Assembly: GCA_040880145.1 (NCBI GenBank)
Contig: JBBDIZ010000026.1
Span: 1 to 15,492, forward strand
From: Simkaniaceae bacterium
GTDB lineage: Bacteria; Chlamydiota; Chlamydiia; Chlamydiales; JAJFMI01
Length of the DNA stretch: 15,492 nt
Direction of reading: 5' to 3'
Shown: positions 1-8,559 of the stretch, one piece after another
How positions within the stretch are numbered: the stretch's first letter is position 1
How the letters are laid out: each line of letters opens with the position of its first letter
The notes under the pieces: model-generated
What the model was told of the DNA's origin: nothing
What the model saw: the letters and a program-made list of their open reading frames with translations, nothing else
Databases searched by the model: none
Position numbers and translations under genes: made by a program

Positions 1-20
1 TCAATGCAAAGCTGTTCTCT

Positions 21-63
21 ATGAATTAGGAATCCCATCGGCTTTAGCCATGGGAACAGTCAA
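21..63 (+). mobile_element. IS200/IS605-family right end (3' end of a tnpB-type element or derived MITE; left boundary outside or uncertain)
   Basis: GAAT (30-33), then imperfect hairpin TCCCAT-C-GGCT-TT-AGCC-ATGGGA (33-55), then GTCAA ending at 63. GAAT guide plus TCAA cleavage site is the IS608-type right-end pair. Repairing TAG 27-29 and removing C39 gives MNQESHGFSHGNSQ, resembling the typical TnpB C-terminal tail (recalled consensus, not aligned). Confidence 0.75.
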
Positions 64-353
64 GGAGCTTCTTCAATAGTTACAGGGGGTGGCACTGCTT
101 GACGAACTCGCCCTATCGAGGAGGACCAAAGTGAAAGTCCGACGCAGCCTATGATAAAGAGTACCGCTAATGAACGTGTAAATTTTTTGAGGATATCGGC
201 TGTAGAGGTTCCAAAAAGAGAATCCGAGCTATCTCCCCCTCCAAATGAAGCACCGAGACCTAGACTCTTACTCTCCTGAACGAGAATCACTAAAGCGAGA
301 ATTCCAGCCAGTAGAAGAAAGAGAATAATTGAAAAGTAAAATAAAAAGTTCAT
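60..353 (-). CDS. secG: Preprotein translocase subunit SecG (97 aa)
   Basis: Two hydrophobic segments flanking LVILVQESKSLGLGASFGGG..SLFG..TADILKKFT; lies downstream of tpiA. Start at 353 chosen over 359 because it forms an ATGA overlap with the tpiA stop. Confidence 0.93.
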   Translation of the reverse strand: MNFLFYFSIILFLLLAGILALVILVQESKSLGLGASFGGGDSSDSLFGTSTADILKKFTRSLAVLFIIGCVGLSLWSSSIGRVRQAVPPPVTIEEAP

Positions 354-1099
354 AAACATGCCTCGATAATTTGATAAAATGATTGAACGTCTAATGATGC
401 CCCGCCTATTAATGCCCCATCGATATCCGGTTCCGATAAAAGCTTGCCTGCATTCTCCGGCTTCACAGAGCCGCCATAAAGGATAGATATTTTTTTAGAA
501 AAGGCCTCTCCGTGGATCGATCCGATAATTTTTCTAGAGAGAACCTGAGTCTCTTGAGCTACTTCAGGGCTTGCAACAACCCCTGTTCCTATGGCCCAAA
601 CAGGTTCATAAGCAATGGTGAGGGAATCGCTTTTGGGAAGTCCATTGAGCGCTGAGGCCAGTTGCCTTTCTAAAACAGCCTCGGTTTGACCGGATTCCCT
701 CTCTTGCAAGGTTTCACCGATGCAAAGTATGGGTTTTAATCCTTCTTCGAGAGCTATTTTAAGTTTTTCATGAATCAGAGTGTCCGACTCCTTGTAAACG
801 TGCCGCCTTTCCGAGTGACCGATTAAAACAAAGCTTCCCCCCGCCTCTCGAATTTGACGAGCCGAGACCTCTCCTGTAAAGGCTCCTTTCGCCTGCTCAT
901 GGAGCGTTTGAGCTCCAATATGGATAGGCGTATTTACAGCTAGGCTTGCGGCCGTAGAAAGCGCTGTAAATGACGGGGTGATTCCAACCCAGGCTTGGGT
1001 TAAACCGTCTCGTTTCGAAAGCGCATCAATAAAAGCTTTTGTTTCACTTAAATTTTTATGCATCTTCCAATTAGCTATTAATACAGGTTTGTCTCTCAT
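350..1099 (-). CDS. tpiA: Triosephosphate isomerase (249 aa)
   Basis: Motifs ANWKMH, IGHSERR, AYEPVWAIGTG, LYGGSV, DGALIGGASL. Confidence 0.98.
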   Translation of the reverse strand: MRDKPVLIANWKMHKNLSETKAFIDALSKRDGLTQAWVGITPSFTALSTAASLAVNTPIHIGAQTLHEQAKGAFTGEVSARQIREAGGSFVLIGHSERRHVYKESDTLIHEKLKIALEEGLKPILCIGETLQERESGQTEAVLERQLASALNGLPKSDSLTIAYEPVWAIGTGVVASPEVAQETQVLSRKIIGSIHGEAFSKKISILYGGSVKPENAGKLLSEPDIDGALIGGASLDVQSFYQIIEACL

Positions 1100-1108
1100 A
1101 AGGGTGCC

Positions 1109-1138
1109 ATGTTAACAAAAAGATCCATTTTCCTTCAA
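1109..1138 (-). promoter_or_regulatory. Candidate sigma70/sigma66 promoter for tpiA-secG
   Basis: Minus strand reads TTGAAG (1138-1133), 18-bp spacer ending in TGT (extended -10 TGn), TAACAT (1114-1109). Consensus match only. Confidence 0.4.
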
Positions 1139-1164
1139 ATACGATTTTTAGTATAGTGGTCCCC

Positions 1165-2418
1165 ATGTCTTCGATTCTATCTGTATCCCAACTTACGCAA
1201 GCGCTTAAAAATCGGATTGAACCCTTTTTTAACCGTATTGAAGTGAAAGGAGAGATTTCAAATTTCAAAGAACAATCCTCCGGCCATCTCTATTTTACTT
1301 TGAAAGATGAGAAAAGTCAGATTCAGTCTGTTCTCTTTAAAGGGACTGCATCAAAACTCTCAAAAAAACCAAAGTCAGGCGACCAAGTGATTTGCCAAGG
1401 CGAAATTTCGATATATGCACCGCGCGGATCTTATCAAATCATTGTTCGATCGATAAAATATGCCGGTGTTGGAGAGCTCTTACTGTTACTCCATGAACGA
1501 AAGGCAAAATTAGAAAAGCTCGGTTATTTTGCTCAAAAGCGAAAAAAACCACTCCCTCTCTACCCTAAAAAAATTGGGGTCGTAACAAGCCCAACCGGAG
1601 CTGTGATTCAAGATATCCTCCACGTGTTAACGCGTCGAAATGATGGATTTCATCTCATTTTAGCTCCTGTGAGAGTTCAAGGTAATGAAGCTGCAGGTGA
1701 AATTGCCGCTGCGATCCATGAAATGAACCGCAAAAACCTTGTCGATGTTTTAATTGTCGGAAGAGGAGGCGGTTCTTTAGAAGATCTCTGGCCTTTTAAT
1801 GAAGAGATTGTCGCTGAAGCCATCTATCAGTCAAAAATCCCCATTATTTCAGCCATTGGCCACGAAACCGATACGACAATCGCCGATTTTGTTGCCGATA
1901 AACGGGCTCCAACACCTTCTGCTGCTGCTGAAATCGTTTTTGAAGAGAAAAGCGCCCAACTGAATGCTCTAAAAGAAGCGCGCGCTCAAATCGATAGAGC
2001 CATGAAGAGAAGTTTTGAAATGAATTTGCAAAGAGTCGATGATTTTGAAGAGAGAATTCACTCTGCAATTCAAAATCGACTCAAAATGACACGCCTTAAT
2101 TTAGAAGGCTTCTGGCGAACGCTTCACTCTCTAAATCCTCAAAAACAGATGCTCCATCATCGACAGCGATTAAAAAATTACAGCGATCGAATGGATCAAA
2201 GCAAAACGATGCTCCTTTCGAAAAAAAAGCAGGCAATGGCTCATATCTCTGAACTTTTAAAAGCAGCAAATCCAAAAAATATCTTGCAAAAAGGTTACTG
2301 TATCCCCTTCAAAGAAAAGGGGGATTCGGTTATCCTGTCTGCAAAATCAGCAAGACCCGGAGATCGACTCAGCCTCCTTTTCCATGACGGCAATCTTAAG
2401 ACAACGGTGACAGAATGA
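1165..2418 (+). CDS. xseA: Exodeoxyribonuclease VII large subunit (417 aa)
   Basis: Motifs VKGEISNF, SGHLYFTLKD, IGVVTSPTGAVIQDI, GRGGGSLEDLWPFN, SAIGHETD, RAPTPSAAAE, NPKNILQKGY. ATG at 1165 preferred over GTG at 1156. Confidence 0.97.
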   Translation: MSSILSVSQLTQALKNRIEPFFNRIEVKGEISNFKEQSSGHLYFTLKDEKSQIQSVLFKGTASKLSKKPKSGDQVICQGEISIYAPRGSYQIIVRSIKYAGVGELLLLLHERKAKLEKLGYFAQKRKKPLPLYPKKIGVVTSPTGAVIQDILHVLTRRNDGFHLILAPVRVQGNEAAGEIAAAIHEMNRKNLVDVLIVGRGGGSLEDLWPFNEEIVAEAIYQSKIPIISAIGHETDTTIADFVADKRAPTPSAAAEIVFEEKSAQLNALKEARAQIDRAMKRSFEMNLQRVDDFEERIHSAIQNRLKMTRLNLEGFWRTLHSLNPQKQMLHHRQRLKNYSDRMDQSKTMLLSKKKQAMAHISELLKAANPKNILQKGYCIPFKEKGDSVILSAKSARPGDRLSLLFHDGNLKTTVTE

Positions 2419-2660
2419 ATGAAAACTTTTCTTTTGAAAAAGCCTATGAAAGGCTTGAAATAATTTTAGAAATTCTCAATAAAGGAGAGGTCCCCTTAGA
2501 GGACTCCTTAAAACTTTTTGAAGAAGCGGATCAATTGATCAAAATAGCAGGTTCAAAGCTGAAATCAGCTGAAAAAAAGATCGAAATGCTCATAAAAAAT
2601 CGAGGTGAAGATTCAAAACTTTGCGACTACACGCCTCCCAACCAACATGTGATTTCGTAA
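2415..2660 (+). CDS. xseB: Exodeoxyribonuclease VII small subunit (81 aa)
   Basis: SFEKAYERLEIILEILNKGEVPLEDSLKLFEEA...L..AEKKI pattern; ATGA overlap with xseA. Confidence 0.95.
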   Translation: MNENFSFEKAYERLEIILEILNKGEVPLEDSLKLFEEADQLIKIAGSKLKSAEKKIEMLIKNRGEDSKLCDYTPPNQHVIS

Positions 2661-2665
2661 AAACC

Positions 2666-4549
2666 ATGCTAGATGAGATCTCCTCACCTTTGGATATCAA
2701 GGATTTTTCAATTGCCGAGCTAAATGCGCTTTGCTTAGAAATACGTAAAAAAATCATTGAAGTCATGTCTAAAAATGGAGGTCATTTGGCCTCTAACCTG
2801 GGTTCGGTTGAGTTTATTGTAGCTCTCCATAAAGTCTTCTACTCCCCTAAAGATAAATTTATTTTTGATACTAGCCACCAAAGCTATCCCCACAAACTTT
2901 TAACAGGCCGGTATCGCCATTTTGATCGAATCAGAAGTTTTAAAGGACCTTGCGGCTTTAGCGATCCCAAAGAGTCCGAGCATGATCATTTCTATGCCGG
3001 TCATGCCGGTACAGCACTCTCTCTAGCTCTTGGGCTTGCAAAAGAGCGCGACTTGAATAAAAGAGATGAGCATATTCTTCCTATCATCGGAGATGCCGAT
3101 CTTACCTGTGGACTCACTCTAGAAGCATTAAATAATGTTCCTCAAAATTTAGGCCGTTTCCTGACCATCTTAAATGACAATGAAATGGCGATTTACAAAA
3201 ACACAGGCGCCATTACAAGAATTTTGAGTCGGACAATCAATAGCCCCGAAGCGAATAATTCCTATCAATCGATAAAAAAACTTCTTTTGAAATTACCGCT
3301 TATTGGAGACTCTTTGACAAATCAAGCGCGTCGTTTTAAAGAATCAATTAAAAATATGGTGAGCGCAGCGCCTTTTTTCGAACAATTTGAACTTTCCTAT
3401 GTTGGCCCGGTTGATGGCCATAACCTAAAAGAGCTGATCGAAACTTTTGAGGCTCTAAAAGCAAATCCCAAATCAACTCTCATTCATATTCATACGATTA
3501 AGGGCTATGGGATGGATGTCGCTAAAAACAACCCGGTTACCTATCACGGCGTAAAACCCTTTAACAGAGAGACCGGGGCTTTTCCATCAGCCGAAGCAAA
3601 GACGCTCTCTTTTCCAAAAGTTTTCGGAAATCACCTCATGAAAATGGCAGAAGAGGATCCGGAAATTTACTGCATCACCCCGGCAACCCCTGTTGGGTCT
3701 CAACTTGTACCCTTTTTCAAAGCTTACCCCGATCGTTGCTCCGATGTCGGTATAGCAGAAGGTCATGCCGTTACATTTGCAGGAGGGCTTGCTAAAACTC
3801 AAAATTTAAAAGTTATTGTCGTTGTTTACGCAACCTTTTTACAGCGCGCATTCGACAATCTTTTTCACGATATTTGTTTGCAAAACATCCCGGTTGTTTT
3901 TGCAATCGACCGCAGCTCCCTTTCAGGTCCTGATGGGCCTACCCATCATGGAATTTATGATATTGCCTTTTTTAAAACCCTTCCCGGTATGGTCGTATGC
4001 CAGCCTCGTGATGGGGAAATGCTTCAAAAGCTTATGAATTCTGCTTTTGACTGGAAGAAGCCGACTGCAATTCGATACCCCAATTTTCAAACGAATGCTT
4101 ATTTTTCAACAGATCAGAAGCACCCTCTAGGGAAAGGCGAGCTTTTATGCGGAGGAAAGGATGTCGCCATTATCGCCCTGGGCCATAGAGTCAAAGAAGC
4201 TTTTGAAACAAGAGCTCTTTTGCTCCAAGAGCAGATTGAAGCCTCTATCGTTGATCCTGTTTTTATTAAACCCTTGGATGAATCCTTGCTCCACACTCTT
4301 TTTTCAGCTCATAACCATGTTGTCATCATGGAGGAACATGCTGAAAACTCAGGGCTCGGCTCCATCATAAGCCACTTTGTCATGAAACAAGGATATCAAG
4401 GAATAACTATGCAGTTTTTTGGGATCCCTGATCGATTTATCGAGCATGGTGAAAATGCAAAACTCTATGACTCTCTTGGACTCACGCCTGAAAAGATGGC
4501 GGATAAAATCTTTACAAAAATGCGGAATAAGGAGACCATTCTCCAATGA
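2666..4549 (+). CDS. dxs: 1-deoxy-D-xylulose-5-phosphate synthase (627 aa)
   Basis: Motifs GGHLASNLG, FIFDTSHQSYPHKLLTGR, GHAGTALS, TPP-binding GDA..TCGLTLEALNN...LNDN, YVGPVDGHN, DVGIAEGHAVTFA, YATFLQRAFD, DGPTHHG. First ATG after xseB is at 2666. Confidence 0.97.
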   Translation: MLDEISSPLDIKDFSIAELNALCLEIRKKIIEVMSKNGGHLASNLGSVEFIVALHKVFYSPKDKFIFDTSHQSYPHKLLTGRYRHFDRIRSFKGPCGFSDPKESEHDHFYAGHAGTALSLALGLAKERDLNKRDEHILPIIGDADLTCGLTLEALNNVPQNLGRFLTILNDNEMAIYKNTGAITRILSRTINSPEANNSYQSIKKLLLKLPLIGDSLTNQARRFKESIKNMVSAAPFFEQFELSYVGPVDGHNLKELIETFEALKANPKSTLIHIHTIKGYGMDVAKNNPVTYHGVKPFNRETGAFPSAEAKTLSFPKVFGNHLMKMAEEDPEIYCITPATPVGSQLVPFFKAYPDRCSDVGIAEGHAVTFAGGLAKTQNLKVIVVVYATFLQRAFDNLFHDICLQNIPVVFAIDRSSLSGPDGPTHHGIYDIAFFKTLPGMVVCQPRDGEMLQKLMNSAFDWKKPTAIRYPNFQTNAYFSTDQKHPLGKGELLCGGKDVAIIALGHRVKEAFETRALLLQEQIEASIVDPVFIKPLDESLLHTLFSAHNHVVIMEEHAENSGLGSIISHFVMKQGYQGITMQFFGIPDRFIEHGENAKLYDSLGLTPEKMADKIFTKMRNKETILQ

Positions 4550-5385
4550 TCATCGCCATTTTTCCAAATAAACGCAAACCCGAATCCAAACATGTAAGCC
4601 TTGGCATTATCGATTACCTTAAGAGCCGCAATATTACGGTTGTAGCAGAAGAAGATGATGCTTATGAATTTGGAATCGAGTCTTTAGACAACTATGATCC
4701 TGATGAAATTGATTTTTTAATCAGTATGGGAGGAGATGGAACGATGCTTCAAATCGCTCATACTTATCATGAATTTGAAGCGCCTATCTTAGGAATTAAT
4801 CTTGGACACTTGGGATTTATGGCGGATGTCCCCATTCCGGACATTTATCCAAGCCTGCAAGACCTCATTAACGGCGCCTATAATGTGGAAGAGCGTTTGA
4901 TGTTAGAAGCGGAGTCTCACCATGGAGAGACCACCTTTGCGGTCAATGATTTTGTGATCCATCGAGCTCGTAATACCTCCATTGTTTCCATTGGCCTTCA
5001 TGTGGACGGCATCTATCTCAACACATTTGAAGCAGATGGCGTCATCATTGCTACACCCAATGGGTCCACAGCCTACTCACTAGCTGCCGGAGGACCTATT
5101 ATCAGCCCCTATTTAGATGCTATTGCCGTTACGCCCATCTGTTCCCATACGATCTCAAACCGCCCCATACTGCTTCCTCCCAATTCCGAAATTCAGCTCC
5201 AATATTTAAGCGACTATGACCCCGTTGAATTTATTGCGGATGGAGTGGAGCGGTTTAACATGGAAACCGGCGAAACTTTTAAAATTGTAGCTTCAGAAAA
5301 GCGTTTTAAACTTGTCAGCCTCTTTAGGCGTGATCACTATTCAACACTTCGAACAAAACTCGGATGGGGTGTGAAACTCCGATGA
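4546..5385 (+). CDS. nadK: NAD(+) kinase (279 aa)
   Basis: GGDGT signature, GINLGHLGFM, ND motif, ADGVIIATPNGSTAYSLAAGGPI; ATGA overlap with dxs. Confidence 0.96.
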   Translation: MIIAIFPNKRKPESKHVSLGIIDYLKSRNITVVAEEDDAYEFGIESLDNYDPDEIDFLISMGGDGTMLQIAHTYHEFEAPILGINLGHLGFMADVPIPDIYPSLQDLINGAYNVEERLMLEAESHHGETTFAVNDFVIHRARNTSIVSIGLHVDGIYLNTFEADGVIIATPNGSTAYSLAAGGPIISPYLDAIAVTPICSHTISNRPILLPPNSEIQLQYLSDYDPVEFIADGVERFNMETGETFKIVASEKRFKLVSLFRRDHYSTLRTKLGWGVKLR

Positions 5386-7529
5386 CCCTGCAACAGGAAA
5401 CCCTGAAACCAAAAGGGTTTGGGACTTTCTCAGGGGTCTTCCTTCCCAGCGTCCTTACAATATTTGGGGTTATTCTTTATTTAAGAATGGGATGGATCGT
5501 TGGCCAGGCAGGGGTGGCTAAAAGTATTACTATCATTATACTTGCTTCGCTGATTACATTCATCACAAGTCTCTCCTTGTCTTCTACAGCCACAAATATG
5601 CAAATCGGATCGGGAGGCGTTTATTACGTTCTGTCGAGAACTTTTGGCCTCAAGATTGGAAGTGCCATCGGGTTTCCTCTTTTTATTGCCCAAAGTTTGA
5701 GCATCTCTTTCTATATTGCAGGATTTTCGGAATCCATAAGAGAGCTCTTGCCGCATCTCCCTCCTCAAACCATCCAAATCACCATTCTTATTTCCTTAAC
5801 ACTATTAACTCTTGCTTCGACCCGCTTAGCGCTCAAAACCCAATTTCTCATCTTCATCCTTATCCTCTTTTCTTTAGCTAGTTTTTTTCTTGGAGGAAAA
5901 AACAGTCCGCCCCTAACCCCCATGCTGCCAAAAGCGACCTCTTTTTGGGCCCTTTTCACTCTCTTTTTTCCTGCTGTAACAGGTATTGAAGCTGGAATTA
6001 GCATGTCAGGAGACTTGAAAAATCCTAAACGATCCCTGCCTCTTGGAACCTTGACAGCTGTTGCCGCCGGAGCGATTACCTATATCGCTTTAACGCTCTT
6101 TCTCTCTCATCATGTTCCTCAAGAAGTCTTAATTTCTCATCCCATGATTGTTAGAGAAATTTCTTTAATCCCTCACCTTGTTACGATTGGCATATGGGGC
6201 GCTACCCTCTCCTCCTCACTCTCATGCTTACTTGCCGCTCCCCGTACTTTAAGCGCTCTTGCTGAAGATGGGCATCTCCCTCGCTTTGCCGCAAAACCAA
6301 AATTTTCCCTTCTCATCACAGCAAGTTTTGTTTTACTTGGGCTGTTTATGGGCTCAATTGATAAAATCGCCCCTGTCCTTTCGATGTTCTTCCTCATCAG
6401 CTACGCCATGTTGAACTTTGCTGCAGGGGCTGAAAGCCTAATCGGCAACCCCTCCTACCGCCCCACTTTTCGTATTCCCTGGTGGCTCTCTTTATTTGGA
6501 ACAGCTCTTTGTTTAACCGTCATGCTCATGATCAATGCAGGACAAACCCTCATTGCCCTTTCTTTTGTCCTCATTACCTACGGAATTGGACTTAAAAGAA
6601 AGCTTCATGAGGGTTTTGATGATATCCGTGAAGCCCTCCTCACTCTTGCTGCCCGATTTGCCATCTATCGCTTAGCAGAAACCAAGCGAACAGCAAGGTC
6701 TTGGCGCCCCAACCTTCTTGTTTTTATTGAAGACCCCTTTATTCGTCAAAATCTTGTTGAATTAACCCACTCCATCTCTCACGGCCAAGGCTTTCTTTTA
6801 ATCGCTTCAATCTTAAACTTCGATGTTACAAAAGTTCAATTTATTGAAAAAATGAAACACTACCTCGACAAAAGTCATATTCCGGCCCTCATTGAAACGT
6901 GCCATTCAGAAGACCTCTTCGATGGAATGAAAACATTCATTAAAACGGCTGGAATGGGTCCTTTAACACCCAATACTCTTTTTTTTGGAGCCACCCATAA
7001 AGCAGAAAATTTTTCTCAATACGCCAATGTGATTAAACTTGCCTACAAGCAAAATCGAAACATTGTGATCGTCAAGGAAGCCTCCATGCAAGCCTCTAAA
7101 AGCATCGATGTCTGGTGGGGAGGCTTGGATCGAAAAAACTCTGATTTAATGCTCGTTTTAGCCTATATGTTAAAAACTTCACGAAAATGGCAAGGCTCGA
7201 AGCTGACCTTGAAAACTGTGATTACTGAAGATAAAGACCGAGATGAAACCCTAAACCGTTTAAAAGAATTTCCGGTAAGCGGCCGCCTTCCTGTAAAACT
7301 CGATGTGGTCATTGCAGAAAGCAACAAAAACATCTTCCAAGAGGTCATAAAAGCCTCCTCTCAAAATACCGATTTAATCTTTATGGGTTTAAGGCCTCCG
7401 AAACCCGATGAAACAGACGATGAATATGGCGATTATTATAAAAATCTCATTGAAAAAACTCGAGATTTTCCTTCGATGGTCTTTGTCCTAGCTTCAGAAG
7501 ATATTGATTTCAGCCAGATTCTAAAATAA
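5382..7529 (+). CDS. Cation-chloride cotransporter (SLC12/CCC-like, APC superfamily), 715 aa
   Basis: FGTFSGVFLPSVLTIFGVILYLRMGWIVGQAG, GGVYYVLSRTFG, FFPAVTGIEAG..MSGDLKNP..SLPLGT, then a soluble C-domain starting RSWRPNLLVF and containing IDVWW. ATG at 5382 overlaps the nadK stop (ATGA). Confidence 0.88.
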   Translation: MTLQQETLKPKGFGTFSGVFLPSVLTIFGVILYLRMGWIVGQAGVAKSITIIILASLITFITSLSLSSTATNMQIGSGGVYYVLSRTFGLKIGSAIGFPLFIAQSLSISFYIAGFSESIRELLPHLPPQTIQITILISLTLLTLASTRLALKTQFLIFILILFSLASFFLGGKNSPPLTPMLPKATSFWALFTLFFPAVTGIEAGISMSGDLKNPKRSLPLGTLTAVAAGAITYIALTLFLSHHVPQEVLISHPMIVREISLIPHLVTIGIWGATLSSSLSCLLAAPRTLSALAEDGHLPRFAAKPKFSLLITASFVLLGLFMGSIDKIAPVLSMFFLISYAMLNFAAGAESLIGNPSYRPTFRIPWWLSLFGTALCLTVMLMINAGQTLIALSFVLITYGIGLKRKLHEGFDDIREALLTLAARFAIYRLAETKRTARSWRPNLLVFIEDPFIRQNLVELTHSISHGQGFLLIASILNFDVTKVQFIEKMKHYLDKSHIPALIETCHSEDLFDGMKTFIKTAGMGPLTPNTLFFGATHKAENFSQYANVIKLAYKQNRNIVIVKEASMQASKSIDVWWGGLDRKNSDLMLVLAYMLKTSRKWQGSKLTLKTVITEDKDRDETLNRLKEFPVSGRLPVKLDVVIAESNKNIFQEVIKASSQNTDLIFMGLRPPKPDETDDEYGDYYKNLIEKTRDFPSMVFVLASEDIDFSQILK

Positions 7530-8558
7530 TCAATAACTAGTTTCTTCCAAATGAACTTTCCCGCGAAAAATGCGATAAATCCATACCCCGTATGCCAAAA
7601 CAAGGGGGACTCCCATGCCTGCAATCAAAAGAAGCACCTTGAGCGTTAGCCGAGAGGAAGAGCTGTTATAAAGCGTCATGCTATTGAGGCTCGTATCTAA
7701 AGTTGATCTTAAGATTATAGGATACGTTCCAATTCCGAAGAGAACAAAAAGCAGGGCAATGCTCAAACTTGAGCTGATAAAGGCCCATCCATCATACCCT
7801 TTTTTCACCATTCTAAAGATATTGACAATGGAAAGAAATGTACAAACCGGAAAGATAAAGGCCCACTTATGGTCAAGCATACGCTCAATCATATGGGGAA
7901 CATAAATAAAGGTCATAATGGTTGCCGCTAGATACATCACGACAAAAGCCCCTACTGTTTTTCTTAAAAAAGTGCGGATATAATCATGAATATCCCCTTC
8001 TGTTTTCATCAAAAGATAAATATTTCCATGCATTGTGAAGAGGGTCAATGCTAAAAGTCCTACGACAACCGAATAGGGCGAGAGAAAGCTCAAAAAAGTC
8101 CCGGAAAAATTCCCATCTGCATTGACTGGAACGCCCTTGATTAAATTCCCCAAAACAACCCCAAGTCCCATAGCGATCAAAGTGGATGCAATGCAAAAAG
8201 AACCATCCCAAAATTTTCGCCAAGAAGTGGATTTTTGTTTTGATCGGAATTCAATGGCTACCGCTCGGAAGATAATCCCTGCTAAAAAAAACATTAAAAG
8301 ATTATAAAATCCAGAAAATATCGAGGCATACGCATCCGGAAACCCGGCAAATAGCGCGCCTCCAACGACGACTAGCCAAACCTCATTTCCATCCCAAACA
8401 GGTCCGATTGCATTGAGAAAAATTCTGCGATCTTTGTCCGTCTGCGCAAAGAGGTGAAGAGATCCTACGCCGAGATCGAACCCATCTAAAATAGTATAGA
8501 GGACAACCGAAGCACATATCACAAAGTACCAAATATTTTGTAAAAGGGCCAAAGACAT
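7530..8558 (-). CDS. cydB: Cytochrome bd ubiquinol oxidase subunit II (342 aa)
   Basis: Motifs LDGFDLGVG, IGPVWDGNEVWL, GGALFAGFP, RAVAIEFR, YRIFRGKV. Confidence 0.97.
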   Translation of the reverse strand: MSLALLQNIWYFVICASVVLYTILDGFDLGVGSLHLFAQTDKDRRIFLNAIGPVWDGNEVWLVVVGGALFAGFPDAYASIFSGFYNLLMFFLAGIIFRAVAIEFRSKQKSTSWRKFWDGSFCIASTLIAMGLGVVLGNLIKGVPVNADGNFSGTFLSFLSPYSVVVGLLALTLFTMHGNIYLLMKTEGDIHDYIRTFLRKTVGAFVVMYLAATIMTFIYVPHMIERMLDHKWAFIFPVCTFLSIVNIFRMVKKGYDGWAFISSSLSIALLFVLFGIGTYPIILRSTLDTSLNSMTLYNSSSSRLTLKVLLLIAGMGVPLVLAYGVWIYRIFRGKVHLEETSY

Positions 8559-8559
8559 A

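Noticed and set aside
2221..2228. Homopolymer A/T runs as phase-variation sites (also near 8285 and 9985)
   Set aside because: Runs of 7-9 are expected in AT-rich DNA and the reading frames are intact.
3085..3140. Dxs TPP motif GDA instead of GDG as a sign of inactivation
   Set aside because: GDA is, as recalled, normal in chlamydial Dxs; other catalytic motifs are intact and the ORF is full length.
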